Source: Laetmonice hystrix (Eukaryota). From it: a stretch of 64,000 nt of DNA. The notes under the pieces are model-generated. The model made no database searches and was not told the DNA's origin. It saw only the letters and a program-made list of their open reading frames with translations. The position numbers were made by a program, and so were the translations under genes. Each line of letters starts with the position of its first letter. Positions within the stretch are counted from its first letter, which is position 1. Shown here in pieces: positions 51,626 to 61,200 of the stretch. The stretch covers positions 6,386,001 through 6,450,000 of the forward strand of contig OZ249441.1 of NCBI GenBank assembly GCA_965235115.1, read 5' to 3'.

Positions 51626-53216
51626 TCGGTGACAGATGCTAGCCACACCTCTCTGAGTTTGTTATAATTAGTTCCTCATGATAACCACTCACTGCCGTAT
51701 CAGTTAAAGTCCTCTCAGACACTCGTCCTCAGACAACACTTACCATCCACACAGATTTATATGTACAGTAAACAGTCACAATACAGTACGCTGCTTTCTT
51801 ACGAAGTCCTGAGACCAAATTTTACTCCCTTTGTTTAAAATGTTCAAATCGTTTCCATTATTACTACATATAAACTTGTTATAAGAGCCGGAAATCCACT
51901 TTATTGAAATATAACCCTGAACCTTCTCAAACTGCGTCCACTTAAAAGACTAATTTGTTTTCAAGGCATGTCGAAAAGCAGGTACTGTGCATGACTTAGT
52001 GTAAAAAAGGGCAATTTACAGCCTGTTAACCACTCTACCAAACTATTACACTCAGAGTTGTGGCATTAAATCATAATTCACATCACATGTCATCATGAGT
52101 GATGTATGCTGTGACTTGCTACTCGTGACCGCTCTGACAAATACTCAATTATGACGACATGCCTGCGTCCCTCCACCGTACGTGGCTGGGGAAGAGTCAT
52201 TATCTAACTGTTCTCAGCCACTGAATTTCCTATTCTAGTTTTCTATTGTTTCGATTTTTTTGATATGACGGTCGGTCAGGACTTGAATCAGAGTCTCTAT
52301 GATGGCTGCCATGAACGCCACGTCACAAGTCACGTGACATACATCACAACGTTATCGTCCGGCTGCCTTGTACTGACGGTGTCACAGAGAACTAACTACC
52401 ACCCCCCCCCCCCCCCCCAAAAAAAAATTTTTAAAAAAATTAAAAACTCTTTATAACGAAACCAAACAAGTTTGTAGCCTGGATAATGCCCAAATCCTGT
52501 TCCACTGCTTTAAAAGGTTTTGATAGGCTTCATGACCAGAATTTATGGTAGATCGCCGCGACTGGCGTAGCCGTCAGATAACGTTATGTACTCATCACAT
52601 TAACGATTTCTGTTCACTTAAGATCAAGCATAAGCTTAAGCTTACTGGTTTTGCTAAGATCAGACCAGTCCATCTGAAGATTCGAGCTTAGGCTTCAGCA
52701 AGATCTTAAGTTTTAGAAAACCAGGCCCTGATTGGGCCATCTAATTACAACCAATCACAGCCGCACGCAGGGGTTAGCGGTCAGACTCTCTACCGGACAC
52801 TTAGGTCAATAACAAACCATGCACACGAGCAGCAATATCATTGTTCAATATTATCCCCCTTCACAACTGAACCTAACTCCACGCAAACAGCACAGGTTCA
52901 GATAAGGGATGCTGACATACAATTTCATACTGTTTTCCCATTTTTCTTAAAATCTATGCAATTTTTAATAATATATTTACTCAAAAAGACTCAAGTGTCA
53001 AACAAGCTAAGACGAGCTTTTTCTGACTGAATTTCCTAAACGGCATAGCTTTATTTGGCAACACGAGAAATAGTGTTTTTTGTCGTCTGGTCCTGTTACC
53101 CTAATTAAATTTCATGAAAAGCCTGATTAAATTCAGCACCTAGAACAAGTTTGCCCCCCTCCCCTCCGCTCTCCACCAGTCAGTGATGGGTTAGAGTGTT
53201 GTGAGATGTGTCTTAC

Positions 53217-53388
53217 CTTTTTTCTTGAGTGGCAGAGTACGTGTTCCATCCATGTGGATGTCGCGTTCCATGCCCTCGATGACGACAGGTTTCACGGTGA
53301 CCACTCTCATGGCGAGCGTGTCGCCAGAGTTTTTGATCAGACGAACCGTGTGTTCATGGGTGGCGTTCACAACGCTTTCGTTGTTAAT
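53217..53388 (-). CDS. SHANK: SHANK exon, C-terminal half of PDZ (INNESVVNATHEHTVRLIKNSGDTLAMRVVTVKP...RTLPLKKK)
   Basis: TTCAG| acceptor and |GTAAGA donor; 172 nt, phase 0-1; PDZ alphaB/betaF pattern. Confidence 0.92.
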
Positions 53389-54906
53389 CTGAAGGACAGA
53401 CAAGGACAACATTAAACACAACAGTTCTCTCGTTAATCTGGAGGAGGACCAAGGACAACATTAAACACAACAGTTCTCTCGTTGTTAATCTGGAGGAGGC
53501 ACAAGGACTACATTAAACACAACAGTTCTCTCGTTAATCTGGAGGAGGACCAAGGACAACATTAAACACAACAGTTCTCTCGTTAATCTGGAGGAGGTAC
53601 AAGGACAACATTAAACACAACAGTTCTCTCGTTAATCTGGAGGAGGACCAAGGACAACATTAAACACAACAGTTCTCTCGTTAATCTGGAGGAGGTACAA
53701 GGACAACATTAAACACAACAGTTCTCTCGTTAATCTGGAGGAGGTACAAGGACAACATTAAACACAACAGTTCTCTCGTTGTTAATCTGGAGGAGGTACA
53801 AGGACTACATGAAACACAACAGTTCTCTCGTTAATCTGGAGGAGGACCAAGGACAACATTAAACACAACAGTTCTCTCGTTGTTAATCTGGAGGAGGTAC
53901 AAGGACTACATTAAACACAACAGTTCTCTCGTTGTTAATCTGGAGGAGGTACAAGGACTACATTAAACACACCAGTTCTCTCGTTGTTAATCTGGAGGAC
54001 AGACAAGGACAACATTAAACACAACAGTTCTCTCGTTGTTAATCTGGAGGAGGTACAAGGACTACATTAAACACAACAGTTCTCTCGTTGTTAATCTGGA
54101 GGAGGTACAAGGACTACATTAAACACACCAGTTCTCTCGTTGTTAATCTGGAGGACAGACAAGGACAACATTAAACACAACAGTTCTCTCGTTGTTAATC
54201 TGGAGGAGGACCAATGACAACATTAAACACAACAGTTCTCTCGTTGTTAATCTGGAGGAGGTACAAGGACAACATTAAACACAACAGTTCTCTCGTTGTT
54301 AATCTGAAGGACAGACAAGGACAACAGTAAACACAACAGTTCTCTCGTTGTTAATCTGGAGGAGGTACAAGGACAACATTAAACACAACAGTTCTCTCGT
54401 TGTTAATCTGAAGGACAGACAAGGACAACAGTAAACACAACAGTTCTCTCGTTGTTAATCTGGAGGAGGTACAAGGACAACATTAAACACAACAGTTCTC
54501 TCGTTGTTAATCTGGAGGAGGTACAAGGACTACATTAAACACACCAGTTCTCTCGTTGTTAATCTGGTGGAGGAACAAGGACAACAGTAAACACAACAGT
54601 TCTCTCGTTGTTAATCTGGAGGAGGACCAAGGACAACATTAAACACAACAGTTCTCTCGTTAATCTGGAGGAGGACCAAGGACAACATTAAACACAACAG
54701 TTCTCTCGTTAATCTGGAGGAGGACCAAGGACAACATTAAACACAACAGTTCTCTCGTTAATCTGGAGGAGGTACAAGGACAACATTAAACACAACAGTT
54801 CTCTCGTTAATCTGGAGGAGGACCAAGGACAACATTAAACACAACAGTTCTCTCGTTGTTAATCTGGAGGAGGTACAAGGACAACATTAAACACAACAGT
54901 TCTCTG
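53381..54906 (-). repeat. 49/52-bp minisatellite, 30 units, each a copy of the SHANK PDZ-exon 3' splice site
   Basis: Minus-strand unit TGTTGTGTTTAATGTTGTCCTTG..CCTCCTCCAG|ATTAAC(AAC)GAGAGAAC; 30 AATCTG cores counted by eye, including the functional site. Confidence 0.95.
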
Positions 54907-55394
54907 ATTACATCAAGGTTATTGAAACATTTAGTACTTTGTTTAAGGGTTCACAGAGCCAAGGCATTACAGCAGTCAAATGATCCAGTCTATGCAAACA
55001 GTAAGCACAGTCTCAGGATGAGATGACAACAGTACTCAAATTCTTACTTAAAAAATATTTGTCTTAGTCGTTCCTATTACATGAGTGTGTAACTGCTACC
55101 ACACAGAGATGTAGAAATGTCGAGAATTCCTTCTGGCACACGTCCAAGAGTTTAGCTATCCTTTACGTTTTAGACTAAGAGTCTTTTATTTATAAACCAC
55201 AAGCGCTACATGTAGCAGCGTTCCCCTATACATGCTAGATTAGCCAAGTTCTATTGCAGAACTAATCCCCTGTTCCATACTCGACACCAACCCGCCAACC
55301 CATCACTAGATGTTTTTCAATCCGCCCTCCCCCGTACCAGCCAGTCAGTACGTCCCACCGCCCGCCGTCATACCGACCCGTCGCCCCAGACAGG

Positions 55395-55822
55395 GTGTCC
55401 TAGAGAATAACTACCTCCCCACCCCCCGCACCATCCCAACCTGTTGCCAAGTCGGTGTCCTACAGAATAACTACCTCCCCACCCGCCACACCATCCCAAC
55501 CTGTTGCCAAGTCGGTGTCACACAGAATAACTACCTCCCCACCCCCCGCACCATCCCAACCTGTTGCCAAGTCGGTGTCACACAGAATAACTACCTCCCC
55601 ACCCCACCCCACACCATCCCAACCTGTTGCCAAGTCGGTGTCACACAGAATAACTACCTCCCACCCCCACACCATCCCAACCTGTTGCCAAGTCGGTGTC
55701 ACACAGAATAACTACCTCCCCACCCCCCCGCACCATCCCAACCTGTTGCCAAGTCGGTGTCCCACAGAATAACTACCTCCCCCCCACACCATCCCAACCT
55801 GTTGCCAAGTCGGTGTCACACC
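55395..55822. repeat. About 60-63-bp minisatellite, about 7 copies, C-rich on plus
   Basis: CCATCCCAACCTGTTGCCAAGTCGGTGTCACACAGAATAACTACCTCCCC-Cn. Confidence 0.94.
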
Positions 55823-56702
55823 ACCTAATCCCCACCCAAACATTGCCTCAACCTCATTCTACACCTGCTTGCCGTTTTTTTAGGCAGCCACCAGCCAAGC
55901 TTACAACAGGTCTATTGCATCCCTCCTAACCCACCAACCCTCCACTCCCAGCAAATATCGCTCTTTCTTTTAAACTACTCATCATACAGCTGCCATTGTT
56001 ATACGCACGGGGCTCGTTTTCCCCTTCATACAATGTGTGTGGACAGGGTCCCACAAAGTACCAACTCCCGGCGGACGCTAGATTCCTCCAGACACTGCCA
56101 CCTACGCAAGGTCAGCCCAAGGTCAGGGTCTCGTACTCGAGCGAGCACCACTTACAACGGTTGCTAAATTGTAACGAGCTTTTGGCAACTGAGCGTACAC
56201 AAAATGTATCGATGGTCAGTCCACTGATTATTAACCCCCCCCCCCCCAATGGCAACAGTCCCTTAATGCTGGCAAGCAAGTATAAAACCTTTCTGAAATA
56301 CGCGGGCGTTCGTAACGTTACCAAGGCAACACCTCTTCGTGTTTACCTCTTCGGATTTGGTTTTCCTTATGTTTTTTTTTGTTCCTCTCTTGTGTCAGTT
56401 TTAATTTGAAGCAGTGTTAGCAGAATTTTCCTGTTTGTTCGCCCATTTATCATTAGTTTTTATACTCTTTCTAAACTACACCACAGGCCCCAAACCCAGG
56501 TATCATTTTTACCATACCTATTTTTACACACCATTTTCAAAAGTGGTTGGTAAGAAAGCGGGACCAGTTGTGGATTCTATACTTATTTTTATACTTTCCT
56601 GTATAATCATGGAAATTCTAAACGTCAGTGTCAGACCTGGAAAACGTATCAGTAAATTCCAAACCTTTCCTGGATTTCCCTGCGGATGTTGGTAAAACTT
56701 AC

Positions 56703-56836
56703 CTCGAGTAGGAAGTCTCCCATCTTGAGGCCGGCCCTGTCAGCCATGCTGCCCTTGTCGACCCGGTCCAGGTACTGGAGGGCCGGGAAGGAGGGCGTGG
56801 GCGTGAAGTCAAGGGCCGACGACTGCTGCATCTGGG
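56703..56836 (-). CDS. SHANK: SHANK exon, central PDZ (AQMQQSSALDFTPTPSFPALQYLDRVDKGSMADRAGLKMGDFLLE)
   Basis: TTTTCAG| acceptor and |GTAAGT donor; 134 nt, phase 1-0. FTPTPxFPALQYL is the Shank PDZ signature. The GFGFVLRGAK exon was not found in the window. Confidence 0.93.
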
Positions 56837-56944
56837 CTGAAAACACACAACAGGCGCTAAGTATTGGGAATTCACAGAAATGTAGATACTAAATGCATAG
56901 CATCCACATGTATACAACCGTTACCCGCTTCATACGGGCTGGAA

Positions 56945-57215
56945 ACACAGTATTCAACAGCAGGAAAGTACTGGTAATACACAGTATCAACAGCAGGAAA
57001 GTACTGGTAATACACAGAATGATAGCGAATGGAGATAGAGGGAGATATATGAACCTATTGTAGTACACACTGCTGCATCTGGGCTGCAGACATACACAGT
57101 ATCAACAGCAGGAAAGTACTGGTAATACACAGAATAATAGCGAATGGAGATAGAGGGAGATATTATATCAACCTCTTGTACAGACTGCTGCATCTGGGTT
57201 GCAGACACACACAGT
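56945..57215 (-). repeat. About 115-125-bp imperfect duplications carrying copies of the PDZ-exon acceptor and first 15 exon nt
   Basis: CCCAGATGCAGCAGT recurs at 57069-57083 and 57184-57198; CACAGTATCAACAGCAGGAAAGTACTGGTAATACACAG is also repeated. Confidence 0.85.
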
Positions 57216-58202
57216 ATCAACAACAGGTAGGTATGGGTTATACACAGAAACAGTACGGAGACATAGGGAAATCTATACATCAACCTTAGGCTTGGAAACA
57301 CATCAACTCCATATCGTGACTGCTACGGGGATATATGTGTGGACTTGAAATACACATCAACTAAACCTTGTTGTTATCATCTTGACGTAACCCGATTCTT
57401 AAACAGACAACCACACACCAACCTCTACAATACTTCAAGTTACACAAATCACCAGCTCGATCACATTCAAACATGAGACTGGAAACTAGAAATCTTGTTA
57501 GAAAAGTTTGGAAATTCCTGGATCCGTGAAATATGTGCTCGTTCCACCGCAGGCCCTTAGAATCACAAGGCTCCATGCCGTTTCAATGTGGCCATCCCCA
57601 GACCCAGTTTTCTCCCACACTGGGATTTATTTACCCTGTGTACTGATGCCCCCACCCCTCTGTTTCTTATTGACTGTGTGTTAGGTTCACAGAGAGAGTT
57701 TTAAACGAGGACAGACAAACACAAAGTCCTACACCCGTCTACCGTCAGTCGAGGGACTACCTCCTCATACCGATCCTTGTCATCTCAACTCATTCATACA
57801 ATGACATTTATCAACACATCGCAGGGCGAACATGAGAAAGTACATTATGAATCTGATCTAAAACATACAGCACAAAATAATATCTCAAAACGTAGCTGTA
57901 TCCAGTCATACTTTAAAAGAAAATTCGTCTTGGAGACACACAGCGAACCAAAATCCCACAAAATATAAGATCAACACTAAAGTATTACCCAAAGAATTAC
58001 TATAAAGAAAATATAACATAACACTTAACGGAGAAACAAACAATACAAAAAATAACATAATGAATCAGTTACGAGCAGTTACCGGGGACCAACAGCTGAC
58101 GAGGGTTTTTTTCTGATAGCACAGCTACTTGCTTTAACCTCACTTCACATGGGAGTAAGGTCGCATAATATTTTAATAAAAGCCAGCCACAGGATCTTCT
58201 CC

Positions 58203-61200
58203 TCAGATCAGTGAGTCAGATCCTCGTGACCTTTCAACCTCTCCGGGTTTCCCTTCCTGTACCCCACCAGCAGTTGTTTGAGAAACATCAATAAACGCCT
58301 TACGGTCGTCCACCGTCTCTCCTTCTCTAGTTTCTCTGACGTCAGTCGGTACAGCAGTCGGTACAGCAGCTCGGGTACTGTCGGAGACTTGCGAAACGGC
58401 GACACCCAACTCTGGAGGCACGATGGTACTTTCTAAACCTGGGCTCACGTCGCCAAAACTGACTCGCTTCTTTTTGCTGGTTTTGAGAGGGTCCCCTGAG
58501 GGGGCGGCGGGGCGGATGGCACTCTTGAGTGATGCCGGGGGGTTAGGGCTGAGTGGTGGCGGGTATTTCCTGGGAGGAGGAGTTGGAGGAACTTTCCGGC
58601 GGGCATTTCTCTGGGTCAGTCCAGGACTGGTGATGGATACTGGTTTCCTGGGGGTGCCTTGGCCGGTGTTGGATACTGGTTTCCCGGGACTGGAGCTGCC
58701 TTGGCCGGTGATGGATACTGGTTTCCCGGGACTGGAGCTGCCTTGGCCGGTGATGGATACTGGTTTCCCGGGACTGGGGCGGCCTTGGTTGGTCAGGGGA
58801 CCTTTGATCGGACGGTAGTGGGTCTGTGATCTCTGTATGACGTAGTTAGACTCTGGCAGTGGGGAAAATATCACGTTATACGTCCCTACCCTTGCCTCTT
58901 GTTGCATGATCTCATCTGTATCACAGACTTTTTGACAGCATTCTGAGGTAAAATCACTGGGAACCACACTGGCTGAGTTATCACGCTTTTCTGGCGAAAT
59001 GTTCTCTTCCTGACCTGGAGATCTCACAAATCTCTCTTGTCCTTTATTCTCTTTTTTCTCCGTTTCATCTTGTACCATAACACACATCCAGCGCCCCCTG
59101 GTGTCAGATTCACCATCTCCAATCAGCGAGCACGGTTCATCGGATGGCTTTGTATGAGGCTCGCTGATTGGTTGTTGAGATGATGTCATCAGCTGTCTCT
59201 CGATGGCCTTCCTCACGCCCACCAGGGCGTCCTCATAACACTGGTCAACAAAAACAGACGCCGGCCTCCTGGCGGTCACCTCAGTAACTACCCCACTCCC
59301 CTCACTACTTGAGGCGACGTCAGAGTGTGAAAAACTCCTTGCTGTTTCACCACACGGCTCCAGGGCCCCCTTCACGGGGAGGTTTTTAGTACGACCTTCA
59401 CCTGTCTCATTGGCAACACGACCGTCCACCAAACTGACATCCCCCACTCGGTCACACGCTCCAGACTTTTCTTTCACGGTCTCCTTCTCCTCTGTAGGAT
59501 CATCTATCACAAGTCCTGCCTTATTTGTACTTGCTGTGTTCATCTTCCCACTGGAGTCTTTGATAACAGGTTCTGTACCGTGTGCGCCACAGCCACCCGT
59601 GTCAGTGATCGTTCTAAGTGGCTGATCGCTGGTTCTAACATCAGCCTCTCCAGGTAACTCTCGATCAGGGGCCGATAACTCCCCGTCAGGTCCGGAGAAC
59701 TTCCCCTCAGGCTCAGAGGACTCTCCCTCAGACCTTGATAACTCCCCGTCTGATCTGTATAACTCCCCCTCAGGCCTTGATAACTCACGATCGGGTCCAG
59801 TTAACACTATCTCAGGCGTTGATAACTCCCCCTCAGGCCTTGATAACTCCCCCTCAGGTTTTGATAACTCCCCCTCAGGCGTTGATAACTCCCCCCCAGG
59901 TTTTGATAACTCCCCCTCAGGTTTTAATAACTCCCCCTCAGGTTTTGATAACTGCCCCTCAGGTTTTGATAACTGCCCCTCAGGTTTTGATAACTGCCCC
60001 TCAGGTTTTGATAACTCCCCCTCAGGCTTTGATAACTGCCCTTCAGGTTTTGATAACTCCCCCTCCTGCCTTGCTAACGTCCCCTCCAGCCTTGATATAT
60101 CTCCCTCAGATCTCGATGACTTTCCCTCAATCACCAGTATCTCCTTAGTGCCACCATTCCCACTTTCTCTCATCTCACCTGCCGTGGCTACACACTCCCC
60201 ATCCTGACCCAGCCCTGAAACATGACCTCTCTCTTCACCCTTGCCTGGAGTGGTCCCTTTCACATCCCCCAGACCTCTACATCCATTCTCAGACCTGGAG
60301 TCGTCCTGACCACCTGTGGCTACCCTCCTTCCATCCGTCCCTACCTCTGTATGATCCTGGGGGTGTCGACTGGAGACGGGGGCCTTGGCAAGGTCACCTG
60401 GGACACTGTGTACTGACTGACCTTTGTCAGGGTTCTCCACCAAGAGAACCACTCCACATTCAGCACCCTCTGGGGCCTGCCTGACGCTCATCCACTGCGC
60501 TGACCCTCCTACTGCTAAACCCACCACTCCTATCACTTCATCCCTTTTTATAAGGTCATTCAGATCTATGTTCTGACCTTTTAGATGGATTATGTCGACC
60601 TTCTGACCTTCGACCTGACCTACATAATGTTTACTCTGACCTTGGTGACCTTCAGCGTCTGTTCTGGCCCCTAGTTTCTGACGTATCTGCCCTTCTGATC
60701 TGCCTATATCCTGACATATTTCTCCAGCTCCTTCTCCGATTACTGTACCTATCTCCCCTCCTATTCCCTGACCGATCTGTCCTGTTGTGGATCTTTCCCC
60801 TTGATTTGTCCCCACTTCTGTCCCGGGCCCTATTCCTTGACCTGTCCCCACTTCTCTCCCAGCGGGCCCTATTCCCTGACCTGTCCTCACTTCTGTCCCG
60901 GCGGGCCCTATTCCCTGACCTGTCCCCACTTCTGTCCCGGCGGGCCCTATTCCCTGACCTGTCGCCACTTCTCTCCCAGCGGGCCCTATTCCCTGACCTG
61001 TCGCCACTTCTGTCCCAGCCCCTATTCCCTGACCTGTCGCCACTTCTGTCCCGGCGGGCCCTATTCCCTGACCTGTCCCCACTTCTGCCCCAGCCCCTAT
61101 TCCCTGACCTGTCGCCACTTCTGTCCCGGCGGGCCCTATTCCCTGACCTGTCGCCACTTCTCTCCCAGCGGGCCCTATTCCCTGACCTGTCGCCACTTCT

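Noticed and set aside
53381-54906. CRISPR-like array
   Set aside because: No unique spacers; units are contiguous near-identical copies in a eukaryotic intron and no cas genes are present.
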